A DNA stretch of 61,191 nucleotides, the filler included, from Piptocephalis cylindrospora (taxonomy: Eukaryota): NCBI GenBank assembly GCA_003614145.1. It is 8 parts of 8 records of this genome, joined end to end, with 100 filler letters (N's around TTAATTAATTAA, not from the genome) between each part and the next. Parts side by side here need not be neighbours in the genome. Positions count along the whole stretch, not along the records: positions 38,398 to 45,943 come from KZ988199.1; positions 46,044 to 53,577 come from KZ988200.1; 6 more parts are not named here. One strand, written 5' to 3'. This document shows, in pieces, positions 38,983 through 52,116 of the stretch. The notes under the pieces are model-generated. The model was not told the origin of the DNA. It saw only the letters and a list, made by a program, of their open reading frames with translations, and did no database searches. Numbering within the stretch: the first letter of the stretch is position 1; the number at the start of each line of letters is the position of its first letter. The position numbers were made by a program, and so were the translations under genes.

Positions 38983-41900
38983 ATGGATGATACGCCCCCT
39001 CCGTCGAAGCGCCCTACCAAAAGGTCCAGGAGCTATCGGCCCTCCCCGGATCGGTCTAGCCAGACAAACGCCTCCGTTGCATCCTCCTCTACCAGAGACC
39101 CTTCCTTTACCATCTCCCCTTCTTTCCCAGTCCTTCCCTCCACATCCCCTTCTTCGCTCCTGGCCAGGCTGGACCGAGAGTTGCCCGACACGATCACCAC
39201 TCGAGGCCGTTCTACTAGGGAGACTGCGGCCAAGCGCACTAGTGCACCTGAGGGTGAGCTTTCCACCTTGCTTGAGTCCTTCTCCTCTGCTGTAGAACCA
39301 CCCGTTGCTGATCTCACTCGGGTAAGTGGAGGGGTGGGAGGCGTTGTGCCTGTCTTCATCAACTCATCTACTCCAAAAGCATTTGTCCATGATGAGCCCT
39401 GCCGGAGAATCCTCATACACGGATGTTTCAAATGCCCTCTTATCCTCTAGAGAAAGGAATCGTAAGTAGAGGCGATAGGCTTGTTGATCATGTGGTATGG
39501 GTCTCTCATCCTTCCCCTAAAAACCCACCCACCCTAAACTCAATTCTAAAACCCTATTCTATCCAGTGGAGAGAGAGCTGGCAGCAGAAAGAAAGAAGCG
39601 CATTCAGGCTGAATCGGCTCTGAAAAATAGTAAGCTAGATCACGATAATGCTATGATTAAGATAAACTTTCAGAAGGATCTCTTTCAGGAGCAACGATCC
39701 ACTCTTTCTGACAGGGTTGGGGTAAGACCTTTGTTGAAATATCTTTAGTTTACTCGCTCATCCTATGCATCATCATGATGACGAGTAGAAGTTGTCTGAA
39801 GACAGGAGAAAACTTTACGCCATCCATAAGGAGCTTCGGGACAAACATGCAGCCCTGGAGGACTCCCATTCCAGGCTAAAAAAGGCTTTTCAGGCCTCAA
39901 CTTCGACTCACGAATCCGAGGTCAAGGCAGTAAAGGACGAACTAGAGGAATCCAGGAGGGTCTTGGAGGATAAGAAGCAACAGTTGGAATCCAGATGCGC
40001 TCAGCTCCAGGAGGACCTAGAGACCATGGAGGAGCGGTGTAGGCAGCGGGATTCAGAATTGAACCTTCGAAGGGAGACAATGAATGAGCTGATCTCCCGA
40101 ATTAAGGAACTGGAGGAAGGGAACAGAGAAGAGTTGGCCCGAGTATCCTCCCTGGCCTCATCGCAGGTGAATATCTCCCGGGATGAAGAAATTCATAGGC
40201 AATTACATGGTAAGCAAAAAACATTGAGAGGTAGGGACGGGGCAGCAAAGATATTCAGTGTATAAGCCTATACACTTATTCTCATCTCCTATCTTAGATA
40301 CTCTTGGTGAAATGAAGCGACTCGAGGTCTCCAATAGTGCTTTGACCCGGGAAAACGATCTATTAAAGAGGGGCAGGGCTAATGCCGAGAGACTTCGAGA
40401 GGAAATTCACTCTCTGGAGGTACAGCTAACAGCTGCTCGCGGTCAAGCTGAACGTCTTCCCTTGGTGGAAGATGAGTATCAACATCTACAGGCTGAACGG
40501 GATTCATGGTAAAGTCAGGGGAGAGTAGAGGGACACACTTTTCTGGCGTACAGGTTATTTCTCGGTCATCTCACACTTCTCGGGGGGGCAACCGGCGATG
40601 ATGGTTGGTTAGGTTAAAGATCATGCGACAGTACGCTGGGGAAGGGCAAGCGATTACTGGCCCAAGTCAATTGGTCCAGCAGCTTCAGCAAGCCCGCCTC
40701 GAAGTGGCTTCTATGGCCGAGAGGGAGGGAAGGGTTAGGGCGGACCTTGCTGGAGCCCAGGAACGTATCTACTCCCTGACCAAGAAGGTGAGGATAGAAT
40801 GGGAACAAGGATCTAGGATGGGAAATTAACCTTACATTCTCTCATCCCCTTCTCTTTCTCCCTCCATGACAGCATGAGGAGGATGTAAAGTATCAAAAGG
40901 ATTTGGAGGGACACTTGGAGGCGGAGAGGATTAAGGGTCGACGAAGAGAGCGTGGAAGGGTACTGGCCATACAGGAGTGTGACTTTATCCGGGAGCAACT
41001 CCGTAGCTATCAAGTGGAGGAGGCAGGAATGGAGGATGAGGAGGGGACGAAGAAGGAGGATGGTGACGAAGAGAAAGTGGAGAGTGAGGAAGAGGAGAAG
41101 ATAAAGGAGAATGGAGAAGGCAAAAAAGAGGAACCGCTGACGGGGGCGGCGGAAGAAGGAGATGTAAAGACGCACAAGAATATCAAGACGAAAAAGGAGA
41201 TGAGAGACGAAAAGCTCATTAAACAACTGGAGGGACTAGTTGCTGAGTATAGAGAGCAACTTCATTCCCTCGCCGAGGAAACCACAACCCCTGATGGCAA
41301 TCATGTAGAGACAGGAAGTTCAGGGCATGCAGATTCTGAATTGCATAATCGGATTGATCTCCTAGAGAAAGGTAAGTAGTTTTTACAGGGTGATTCAATA
41401 TCTAAGGAAGGATATAACGGCCTTGACTCTCATCACCTTCCTCCCATTTTATCCACCACGTAGAGCTGGAGGAGAAGGGTGACACGTGTCGTCGATGGGA
41501 GGGTCAAGTACGATCCTTGGAAGGAGCTCTTGCCCAATGTGAATGGGCGGTCTCCCGAGGAGAATATGATTGGCAAAGGACTAGGGTAAGCCTTTGCTCT
41601 TGTGTGCTTATAATCATTATCAGAGGGGGGGGAAAGTCCAGCGAAGAAGAGATTAACCAGATGAGATGGCCCTAACCCCTTTGTGTATGGACTGGGGTGA
41701 ATAGATCCTGCAATTGGAGGATAACCCAACATCACGAGCCATGGGAGTTCGTAAGGCCAGATTACGGGCGCTTCAGAAGGAGAATATGGCCTTACTTGCT
41801 CAGATCAAAACCATGGGCTCCACCACATCCGCTGATTCCCATTTGTTGGATGAGAACAGGATGGGTGATGAGGAGGGGGATGAAGGAGAAAGTGAGAGGC

Positions 41901-42391
41901 AAAGCGAGGAAGCAAGGGATCTTGTCCCCAGGGAAAGCCTCCTGAATCTACAATCCCAACTGGAACGAGCCGAGGAGGAGGGAAGAATGGAGGGAAAGAA
42001 ACTCCTTCGGCTACGGCAGGTGTTTCGCAACAAAGCAATCGAGTATCGGGAGGCCGTTTACTCGCTTCTGGGCTACAAGCTGGACTTTCTCCCGAATGGT
42101 CGTGTACGCTTGACCAGCGCTTACGCCAGTAGTTCGGAGCAATGCTTTGACTTTGAGAGCGGAGCCGGGGATGAGGGGACCATGGAATTAGTGGGGGCCG
42201 GGGATGCGGCTTGGAGACTACAGGTGGATCCGTTGCTCCGAAGGTGGATCCGGGAACGGGCTAGCACCCCAGGGTTCTTTGGGGCCCTTACCTTACGAAG
42301 TCTTCGAGCGCTTGGGGGGTCAGAGGCTGTGGGAGGGATCTCTATGGAAGATGAGGATAAGGAGGATGGCCTTGGATTGGAGGATTATTGA
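38983..42391 (+). CDS. MAD1: Spindle checkpoint protein Mad1 (multi-exon)
   Basis: Long coiled coil; Mad2-binding segment RILQLEDNP across a splice; C-terminal LRLRQVFRNKAIEYREAVYSLLGYKLDFLPNGRVRLTSAY...PGFFGALTL. Confidence 0.9.
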
Positions 42392-42507
42392 AGATATGTC
42401 TTGGAAGGCGCATTGCATGTGATCACACACTTGATAGGGGAAAATACCATCCTTTTCATGGCAGTCTATTTCACGGATGACAAAAGAGGATAAAAGGGGT
42501 CCAGTAT

Positions 42508-43182
42508 TTAGAGAACACCCTTGGTCGAAGGGACATCTGATGATCCTGTAGGCTCAATGGCGTCGCGAATTGCCACGGCCAAGGCCTTGAAAGCGGACTC
42601 AGCACTATGTGAGAAAGTGTGAGCTATGAGAATGGGATCATGCCCATCATTTGCTACAAAAAGGTCTTACCGATGATGATCATTGACTCCTTTAAGAGTA
42701 TCCACATGGAGGGTGATACCAGCAGCTGTAGCAAAGGAGGCCAGAACATGGGGAATCATCTCGGTGGAGAGTTGGCCGATCATCTCGCGCTTCAGACCCA
42801 GCTGGATATCGGCGTATCCCCGGCCAGAGATGTCGACGACGGCGCGGGATAAAGCCTCATCGAGCGGGGCAAAAGCGGATCCAAATCGACGGATGCCCCT
42901 TGGAGTACCAAGAGCCTCCTTGAAGGCCTGTCCTAGGGCAATAGCCGTATCTTCGGCAGTGTGGTGGTCATCGACGTGAAGGTCACCATCGCACTTGAGG
43001 CTCAGGTTCCACCGGGCATGCTTGGCCAAGGCATCGTACATGTGATCCAGGAAGCCAATACCAGTGGACACGGAGATTTCCTGGTTGGTCAGAATCGGGC
43101 CCAGGTTTAGAGTGAGATCAATGCTAGTCTCCTTGGTCTTTCTTTGGACTGAGGCAACGAGAGCGCGTTTTTCGGAAGACAT
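42508..43182 (-). CDS. HIS3: Imidazoleglycerol-phosphate dehydratase, 2 exons
   Basis: [61 protein letters not shown]...DVPSTKGVL; intron 42605-42670. Confidence 0.96.
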
Positions 43183-44339
43183 CCTGGTAAAATAGGGATG
43201 GAGGGATAGAGGTGTGGGGGAGAAGAAGGAGCTGGAAAGTGTGATGATTTTTTCGACAGTAGCCGATCCTAAATCTGATATGTTTTACGTGGCATGGGTT
43301 ACTACAGGCATGTGGACTCTGGTTGCAAATCCGCTTGACTTTCCTCCTTTGACTGAGCATGCTCGTATCCATTTAGGACGTGCATTTTAAGTGAGCATAG
43401 CGATGCAATATTGGTTCCCACCACGATGATGGTGCCAAGAAGGTGTTGCTGTTGGTACTATTATTATTGAATAGATGACTCTACGTTGTAGCTATACAAC
43501 TAATCCATAGGTGGTGAGGCCGCACTCATTCACATTTTTTCTAGAAGCCACGAAGTTTGCATTGCTACCAACTCAGTAGATATGCCAACCAATATCCTTG
43601 GGGTCCTCCCCTACTAGCCATATCCTCTCCATCTTCAAGGTAATAGTGGCCTTCTTAAGCGTCCCAAGCAGGCAAGTCGATATATTTGGCATGACTTACG
43701 CCTCAAGAGAATGATATTTCCCGCTGTATATGCAGTAGATATGGCTGCGATTTCCACCATTATTCTCTAAAAAATCTGATACTTGTCTAGATTGTAGGAG
43801 ACTCACGCTTCCAGATTTGGTAGAGGAATGACCAGGAGATCCCACTCATCCATATATGGCTCCATATGTAAACCTCTGCCGCTGACCTAACCAACCAGGC
43901 CTTTGATCTCACCGTGCCATAGTGGTGAGACAGTATAGGAAAACGCAGTCCGTTCAAGATCATTCATTAGTCATTCATTGCTGATCCAACCCCACTAAAC
44001 CCTGGTATGTCGGCGTTACCATTACTGGTACTATGAGACTGTGGCTCTCTCCTCTCCTACTCACCACTCACACCATCATCATTGCTAAGGTCGTCAACGA
44101 GAGAGGCTTTTTCCATTGGTGTAGGGAAAGGTCTGATGCGTACAGCACAGGAAAGTGGAAGAGCGTAGGCTTTTAAGCATAGAATATTACTTTATCCTGG
44201 TTTCTTTAAAAGTCGTGCTCCTCTCTTCCTTTTCGTCCTTCCACAACCTACCTCCATTCTTCATCACCTACCTTATCATTCCTCTTTACACTGCCTATCT
44301 CGTCCCTCTCCCCCTTCCTCCTCCCCTTTTTCTTTCACT

Positions 44340-44642
44340 ATGTCTGATGTCAAAAGCCTCGTCCAGTCCTATATCAAGGACAATACCATTATGGTCTTCT
44401 CCAAGTCATACTGCCCTTACTGCCGCAGGGTCAAGGATCTCTTCACTAAACTTGGATTGACGTACAAGGTCATTGAACTTGATCAAGTTGATCAAGGCTC
44501 CGACATACAGAACTATCTGGCGGAATTGACCAAGCAACGCACCGTTCCCAATGTCTTTGTCAAGGGGAAGCATATTGGTGGATGCACCGAAACTATGGAG
44601 GCTAACAAATCTGGCTATCTGACTACTCTCCTCAACAACTGA
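44340..44642 (+). CDS. Dithiol glutaredoxin
   Basis: VFSKSYCPYC, QRTVPNVFVKGKHIGG; 100 aa, intronless. Confidence 0.94.
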   Translation: MSDVKSLVQSYIKDNTIMVFSKSYCPYCRRVKDLFTKLGLTYKVIELDQVDQGSDIQNYLAELTKQRTVPNVFVKGKHIGGCTETMEANKSGYLTTLLNN

Positions 44643-45460
44643 GCGAGTAAAATATATCAGTTTGACTTTGCATGAGTCTTTTCCGATGAGAGAGCTGGAT
44701 GCTTATTTCTATACGGGGTAACTGTGTCAATGGTCATTATCCTTTTACATTCACCATCGCTAATGGTTTTTTTAATATCTAAATGGATACCTTTTCTACT
44801 TCCCTCGCATACTTACCATGAATATTTCAATGGATCATCTAATCTACTAATCGTAGAATACAGTAAGCCGTCTCCCATGACTGATTTTAAACCCTCCCGC
44901 CTCGAAACGCAATTAATGGCCCTCTGACGGTTGTCAACACATCCTAAAGGGTGTTAGGGTCTCCTATTTCTCCCGATACCACATCACTATTGGCTTGATC
45001 ATGACTATGGAGGAGAGGAACCCCGAGATATTTCTCATGAACATTCTTGTGACGTATCCAATTGAGGCAGCCATTGTCTTTTTACCAACTGCCTTAAGCG
45101 GCAAATTCGTCCATTAGTGATTGACTCCTGGTTAGTTTTTATGTAGTGATGAATAGTATCGTCACTTCTTTTCTTTTTCCCCTGATCTGTCTAGTGTGGA
45201 GAGGGATTGCCGAGGAAGTGTTTCCTTGTGGGAGATTGGTGCCACATCCCCACAAGAAGCCCCCCTTCTATCAAAGCCCCTAATAATAATAATAAGCAGG
45301 AGATGCACAGTCGGCAGATAGGTCGCACTCAAGAAAAGGGAGAGAGTACATAGTCTTGCTCATGTCACACCACAAACCTACACCCTGCTCTCAAACTGCC
45401 CGAACCATCTAAATTACGCTCCCTGTTTATCCCGACAATTTTTCGTCTATGACCCACTCA

Positions 45461-45488
45461 TGACGTCAGGGGTCGGCAGTTTTAAAAG
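45461..45488 (+). promoter_or_regulatory. CRE/ATF palindrome plus TATA-like element upstream of a truncated gene
   Basis: TGACGTCA at 45461-45468, then TTTTAAAAG, CT-rich tract and ATG at 45832. Confidence 0.3.
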
Positions 45489-45831
45489 GAGAGGGGGAAG
45501 AGGACGATGCACCTAGCAGATCGCCCAAGCTTGTGCGATGGAGAGATAGGAGAGACTCACGATGGAGCGGGGTCTCATCTGCCAACGCCTTTCCCTCCTC
45601 TCTGTGTAACCCCTTGACCCTGGAATGGAAGAGTGACTATGCAATCGGCCCATTGTCTCTAAACTTCTATGCTCATCATGGATGTTAGATCATCGCAGGA
45701 AAAGTACAAATAGCCTTCCATCTCCACTTCAACCCTCTATCGCATCCACTCTCTCATCTTCCCCCCTTCCCCGCATCACTGCATCACCCACCCCATACTT
45801 TCCTTCGTCCACCCATCCACCTATACTTGAT

Positions 45832-45943
45832 ATGACTCAGGCCGCTACCGCTACCGCCCAGCCAGCAGTTGGTGAAGTATCCCGTGCAACCACGACCTCC
45901 CCTTCCCCCGGACCTCCATCCAGGGAAATGTCCTCCTCTCCAG
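45832..45943 (+). CDS. Possible 5' start of an unidentified gene cut by contig end
   Basis: MTQAATATAQPAVG... after a pyrimidine-rich leader, open to the gap. Confidence 0.35.
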
Positions 45944-46043
45944 NNNNNNNNNNNNNNNNNNNNNNNNNNNNNNNNNNNNNNNNNNNNTTAATTAATTAAN
46001 NNNNNNNNNNNNNNNNNNNNNNNNNNNNNNNNNNNNNNNNNNN
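45944..46043. other. Artificial contig-joining spacer
   Basis: N/TTAATTAATTAA/N. Confidence 0.99.
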
Positions 46044-46659
46044 GGCCTCCAACACCTCATCCATCAGTATCTCCAAGATTGCAGGCGCCACCTCTCGGCC
46101 CGAATCGGTAGGTTGATCCACTTTCCAGTGATTCACATGGCCCCACTTGCTTTAACCCTGCACTCCATACACTAACTCGCTCTCACACATCCTTTCTTTT
46201 CCGTTGGCCATACAGGTCATTGGAATGCACTTTATGAACCCAGTGCCGGTAATGAAGCTAGTCGAGGTCATCCCTGGCCTGGCCACCTCTCCTGCCACTC
46301 TCCAGACCACCCTGGACCTAGCTAAATCCATGGGCAAGACCACGACTAAGTCCAAGGATGCGCCCGGCTTCATTGCCAATCGCCTCCTTATGCCTTACAT
46401 CAATGAGGCTATCATCGCCTTGGATGAGGGAATCGCTTCCCGGGAGGATATTGACATCACCATGCGCCTAGGCACCGCTGTTCCTATGGGCCCGCTGACT
46501 CTAGCCGATTTCATCGGCCTAGATACATGCTTAGCCATCATGCGTGTTCTACACAGTGAACTCGGTGATAGCAAGTATCGACCCAGTGTCTTACTTAAGA
46601 AGTATGTGGACGCTGGATGGCTAGGGAAAAAGTCGGGCAGGGGCTTTTACAAATACTAG
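46044..46659 (+). CDS. 3-hydroxybutyryl/3-hydroxyacyl-CoA dehydrogenase, 5'-truncated
   Basis: ASNTSSISI...RPES, intron, [55 protein letters not shown]. Confidence 0.93.
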
Positions 46660-46784
46660 GGCAAAATATGGTTTTATTTTACCTAAAGACCATTCACAAT
46701 ACGAAATGAAAAGATCGTAGAATCGCTTCCCCCCCCCCCCCTTTCCCCTTTTTATATACCCATCATCACTCAAGGAAAAAATGG

Positions 46785-47581
46785 TCATGCCGATTTGCTC
46801 CAATCCTGCTGGGAGGCTGCATCCGACGCTAGAGAAGACACGGAGTTGGGATCATGATGTGGGCCCCGACGCTGATCCTTACCCATGAATAGCTCCCGCC
46901 TCTCTTTCCTCCGCTGATCCAGTAGATCTGACCAGCCTTGCGGGACAGATGGAGTGAAGACGAGTTGAAGAGGTGATCGGATCGACGACATGAGACAGGT
47001 GAGCATGACCAGGATATCATACTGGGTCTCAGCCACCATGCCCTGGTTCAGCCGTTCATCTCTCATTACCTCCCGCATGCGCGCGATAACATCTTGACCC
47101 TGAGGCTGGGATTCGATGTACATTAATGCTAATTTACTGCATCCCAGTACCGGGATGATACCTGCGGGAATGGCGCTGACTATGGGATAAAGATGAGCTG
47201 ATGATCATAATACGACAGTCATGAGCAATAACCTACGAGAGACGAGAAAATTTCTGGCAATATTCAGGCCTGGTCTACGGCCTCGTCCTACCAAGAGAGA
47301 TAAGCCCAAGGTCAAGCTAAGGGGAAAGGGAAAGGGAGCAAGTCACTCACCGTACTTTAACATCCCCACCACTATGCCCGTGTACAACGCATACACTAGA
47401 AACAAAAGGTGTTTAAGAGATGAGCGCCCTGTGCAGAAAGTCATCCTCACACACACATACCAGTATAGTCAAAGGTACGGTGGACCACCTGGAGGGTCCG
47501 GGCCTCACTAGGTGTGATAGAAGAGTACCCAGGTTCCTGGTCATGGACACCCTGCTGAATTCGCTGTAGCGTCCCGGTCAT
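46785..47581 (-). CDS. Hypothetical spliced membrane protein
   Basis: Three frame-preserving GT-AG introns give MTGTLQRIQQ...FDYTVYALYTGIVVGMLKYGRGRRPGLNIARNFLVSLSAIPAGIIPVLGCSKLALMYIESQ...; two hydrophobic segments. Confidence 0.6.
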
Positions 47582-48131
47582 GACAGGAAGACAAACGAAA
47601 GTATGGCAGTAGAGGGGGGAGAGAAAGGTACCTTGAGAATCCCGACCAACGCTGACAAGCCGTCGCGATATTTAAAGCGCGTGTTCATTGAAAACGAAAG
47701 CATGGAATAAACGCACTAATGGCTTTTTCTACCGGACAGTAAATAATTTGAAGGTTAACCTTATTGACTTAATCTCTCAGTAACACTATAGTCAGCGAGA
47801 GAATCCTCCTTAACCAAGTATGACAGCTCAAATTAAATTAGTTCATACGTCTCGGATCGTCTGCAAGGCAACAGAGTCTGATGGAGTATTGCCAGAGTCC
47901 AAACCATGAATACATCTGGAGAAGCTGAGACTTTCCAACCAAGCGGATATTCCTTTATAAAGCTTACTACTACCCAACGCCATCCTCTACTGCAAAGCAA
48001 ATAAAGGGCCAGCTACCCTTGTCCAACGAATCATACGCTCAATCAACCCCATGTATCCAATAAACATCTTGATTAAAAAATCATTGGCAAAAACCAGTCA
48101 CCCTCATTTCCTTCAAAATACCCTCCCAGTA

Positions 48132-49433
48132 TCAGTGTCTCCCATACCGATCCTTTTCCCGGACACCATCCGTCTCCCCAGCATAGGATGAGTAGGAGGC
48201 GGTTGGGTAAGGAACATGGGAGGAGGTTGGTCCACCAGTGTAGGTACTCGTCTCCTGCACATGAGGATCAGGGAGGCCAGTTTGAGCAGACGAGGCATCA
48301 GCACCATATCCAGCGCCCGAGTAGGCATCCTCTCCGACCGAACTATACCGACTGGAGCGACTATCCGCGTAGGATCTTCCTCCACTCTCCGCGGAAGACC
48401 GATATCTACTGCCCCGGTCATGATCTCCGGAACCGTACGAGGACCCGCCCCGTCCATACCCCCCGTAACTCTCTCCCCGATCCGTATACCCTTGACCATG
48501 ATGGGAGTAGTGAGAGGAGCGATGATGGGAGTGAGACGGGTCTCGGTAGGAGCCGTATCCCCCCCCATACCCTCCTCCCCCACCACCTCGTCGACCTCGG
48601 CCTCCATAATCCCGTCGGGAGGAGGAGTAGGTGGGGGAGTCTCGGCCAGATCGACGAGACCGAGATGAGGAGGATCCGCCCTCATCCTGTCCTTTTTCCC
48701 GCAGGTAGCTCTTCATCGCACTTCTCAGGGACCTCTCGAGCTCGCGACTAGGTCGACGGACGTGCATAAAGTTACAGAAACCCCCGCGCGTACACTCTCC
48801 AACTTCATGCTGCCTACAGCAGGCTACAAAAAAGAGGTGAGTATTGATAAAGGTGAGTGGGATTTGCAGTTCTCCCTCTCCGTCCCTTCTCTCCCCTTCC
48901 CATCAAGGGTATCCATTCAAACACACTTACATTCACGGAAATCTGTCACCGGGGAAAGCTCTGCATAGATAGGTCTCCCGGCATAGAACCGCTGATTGAT
49001 GGCCTCGCACGCATTTCCAGCCTCCTCCTCAAAGGCGTACCGAGCATACACATTGCCCACTAGGTGATCTCCCACATTCTCACACACAATCATCTCTTCC
49101 AGCTCGCCATACTTGCATAGTTCAATGTAGATATCCTCGTAGAAGAGCTCAAAATGCTCCTGTAACTGATCTTTTCCCACCTGCAGGGTTGGAACGGTGT
49201 CGGGATCGAGGAAAAGGTTGGGCATAAGGATCGTGGTGGAGTAAGCGGGTTTGACATGCTTTCGCGAACAACGATCTCCGTGCCTACAAGCCCCGATCTT
49301 GAAGTAGAAGGAGCAGTTGACTCTATGAGAAAGGAGGAGAAAAGTAAGAGTCGGCCGAATCAAATACAATCCCAAACATAACAACTTACTTATCTTTCTC
49401 AGTCCCGTAAATGGAGGCCAAATGTTCCGCCAT
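48132..49433 (-). CDS. U2AF1: Splicing factor U2AF small subunit
   Basis: [72 protein letters not shown]/RGG tail. Confidence 0.96.
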
Positions 49434-50466
49434 GATCCAAAAACACGGGAGAGGAAACAGTGAATGTAAGCAAAGAAGCCTCTTAATAAAAAGAGATGGT
49501 TTAGATCCGAAATGAATCAGATCAAAGTAGGAAGGAGAAGGGAGAATAGATATGTTTAGGTGAGAGCTTGGGTTTGAGCGTGGTGTCAATACATAAGCCA
49601 GTGTGCAAGAGAGAACGAAGCTTTATGAGGGAGGAAAAGTGCGAATTTTGAAGTCGGTATTTATTGGATGATGGTTATTGGATGATGGTTATTTCAGTGT
49701 TTACCACTGCTGGGCTATTTCGCACACATTGGGCTATTTCATTTTGCTGTCTAACTGCTACTACACACTGGGCTATTTCGTATACGTTGGGCCAGTGCTC
49801 ACATGCTCTTCATATTGCCAATGAATTTCTCTCTAACCGGCTTCCGTCCAGTATCTACCTCGTTAGTAGCCATCTCTCCTTTATGGAGAGGAATATACAA
49901 AAGGGAGAGATTCTTTTACTTTATTACCTTTCAAGATTGTTAGATCGTATAAGCCTGATTTTTTGGTCATTCAGATATTTTACCAAGCGAATCGAATATA
50001 AATAAGAGCTCTACGAATATTGATTTGAATACCGATGAGAGCCAAGAAAAAATGAGTTATTGAAAGGAGATGCTGGAGGCATGGGAGGAAATTAAGGGTG
50101 AGAATACTGGCTTAATACAATTTCGACTCTCTCATCATCCGGTATTGTAGAGGACTGAGCTGTAATTTTACGCATGCTAAAAAGCCTATGACACACGCCA
50201 CAGAGCTTGGCGCGTAGCCATAACCTGATCCATCAGCCTTCCTCTATCTTTCACTCCGCTTTGCCACTATGAGCCCAACCCAAGTATAGCACATTCCCAG
50301 CAAGGAGATCCAGGCAAGGTCAACAAAATAGGCCATCTTATTTTCTATCCTCATCTAGATACCATTTAGCACGCGATTCTCCTCCTCCTCCCCCCCTCCC
50401 CCCTATCCTATCCTCCTGTCCACTCACCACACCGTTCAAGCCCTAAATCGAGGCACAGACGGAAAT

Positions 50467-51513
50467 ATGACAGATCACTCACCCAGTAGCGACTGGAAAC
50501 CTCCAGGAACCGCTCGGTTAACCGATCTTCGAGCCTCGGCCACCCGGCACCGGGAGCGACGGGAAGACTTGGAGCGTAAGAAAGAGGAAGTGTGGGACCA
50601 TGCAAGACCCCTAGTGAAGACCCTGTCCGGGACACAGCTTGAACTCCTCGCCAGGATAGACCAAGTGGGTGACAAGGCCAAGACCGTGCACTCGGCCATC
50701 CCCACCACCGTCACCCCGACCCTTATCGCTTTTACTCAGACCATGGAAAAAACGCTACATTGCCAAAAGACCCCTCAGTCCCTTCTGTCTCATACCGAGG
50801 CCATTGCTCACCTCGCCAGCCTTCCCTCTTTGGCCAAGGCCCTGATTCGGGCAGGAAAGCCTGAGGAGGCGTTGACTCTTCTTGAGCACGCTGAGCGCCA
50901 GGCTCGTCGCTTTCCTCAGGTTCCATTCCTACAGTTCATCGCCGAGGAGTCCCGGAAGGCCCGAGGTATTCTGGCCCGGGAACTTATTCGATCCTGCTCC
51001 CTCTTCTCGGTTCCTCTTCCCGCCTTCCTTTCTTCACTCACTCTACTCAAGCGAGTGGGGGTAATGAGGGAGGATGAGCAGGGTCGGATACCCCCTCCGC
51101 CCAGACTTCTGCAGGAGTCTCGCTCCGACGCGTCTACTGATTCCTCTGGGGGTGAGGTAGTGGCATGGCGCGTCTTGGATGCTCGTTTGCAGGATCTACG
51201 GGATACCTGGTCAGCCTGGTTTGCCCTACCGGATCGGGGAAAGGCCTTACGTCTGGGGCTGGAGGCATGGTTGGAACGGTTCCGCGCCTTGCACTCCCAT
51301 GCTCGTGTTGGCTTTCCTCGATATACCCTTCTTCAGGAAGATGCCATGACCCAGGCCGTGGTGGAGTTGAGGGATAACCCTCAGGAAGAACATTACGGAC
51401 ATAGGTGCCCACAGCAGCAATGGGGTCTTGCCGAAATGCAGGGATACCAAGGACCTGTTGGAATCGCTGCATGTCCGCAGCTGCCGCCTTTCTCCGTGCC
51501 TTCGATCCTTTAG
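50467..51513 (+). CDS. COG8: COG complex subunit 8 (Dor1-like), C-terminus abnormal
   Basis: LPSLAKALIRAGKPEEALTLLEHAERQARRFPQVP...LPAFLSSLTLLKRVG resembles the Dor1/COG8 core; last ~40 codons are antisense to SLX9. Confidence 0.65.
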   Translation: MTDHSPSSDWKPPGTARLTDLRASATRHRERREDLERKKEEVWDHARPLVKTLSGTQLELLARIDQVGDKAKTVHSAIPTTVTPTLIAFTQTMEKTLHCQKTPQSLLSHTEAIAHLASLPSLAKALIRAGKPEEALTLLEHAERQARRFPQVPFLQFIAEESRKARGILARELIRSCSLFSVPLPAFLSSLTLLKRVGVMREDEQGRIPPPPRLLQESRSDASTDSSGGEVVAWRVLDARLQDLRDTWSAWFALPDRGKALRLGLEAWLERFRALHSHARVGFPRYTLLQEDAMTQAVVELRDNPQEEHYGHRCPQQQWGLAEMQGYQGPVGIAACPQLPPFSVPSIL

Positions 51514-52116
51514 GCTGATGGGACATGGTCTGGCTGGAGGAACCTTTGGCTTTATCTCCCATGGTCCGGCCCTCCCTGGAACCCATAGGGCCAAGGCCAT
51601 GGGTTAGCCCATCCCCAAATAACCCCATTTTCTTGGTCTTTGCTGACTCTGCAGGCTTGGTCGCATCATCCGGAGAGAGATCCGGCAGGGAGGAGAGAAG
51701 GGAGGTGAGATCCGTGGTGAGTTGGCCGGCCTTCTTAACACGCTCCCGACGCATGGACCGAGCCGACCGTGCACTGGCTCCACCCGTACGATTGGCCTCT
51801 AGACGATCCAGGAAGCGTTCGCGTCTTTCCTTTCGTCTATCCCGTTTTGTCTGGGAGGTCAGGACCATCCTCTTGCTGGTTGGCGCGTCAGCTTCATTCA
51901 TCTCAGCCTATGCATCAAGGGAAGAGTAAGTAGGGTCCAATCGCTCCTTTCTTCCAACCCAATAAATACCAAAGCGCTCTCGAGACTTTCGGTAGGCTTG
52001 GTCCCAGGGTCCTTGTCGATCAGGTGAGCCAGGTGCTCGATAGCCTTGGAGGAAGTAAGGCCTCGGCTTCCAATGCTGGTTATTCCCCTTGTACGCTGCC
52101 TCCTGACTTTAGGCAT
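51134..52116 (-). CDS. SLX9: Ribosome biogenesis protein Slx9/FAM207A-like, 2 exons
   Basis: MPKVRRQRTR start; TKRDRRKERRERFLDRL; LTSLLSSLP; RFQQVLGIPAFRQDPIAAVGTYVRNVL; intron 51908-51969; true 3' end uncertain. Confidence 0.8.

Noticed and set aside
43475..43482. TGACTC Gcn4-like site upstream of HIS3
   Set aside because: Single imperfect hexamer, expected by chance
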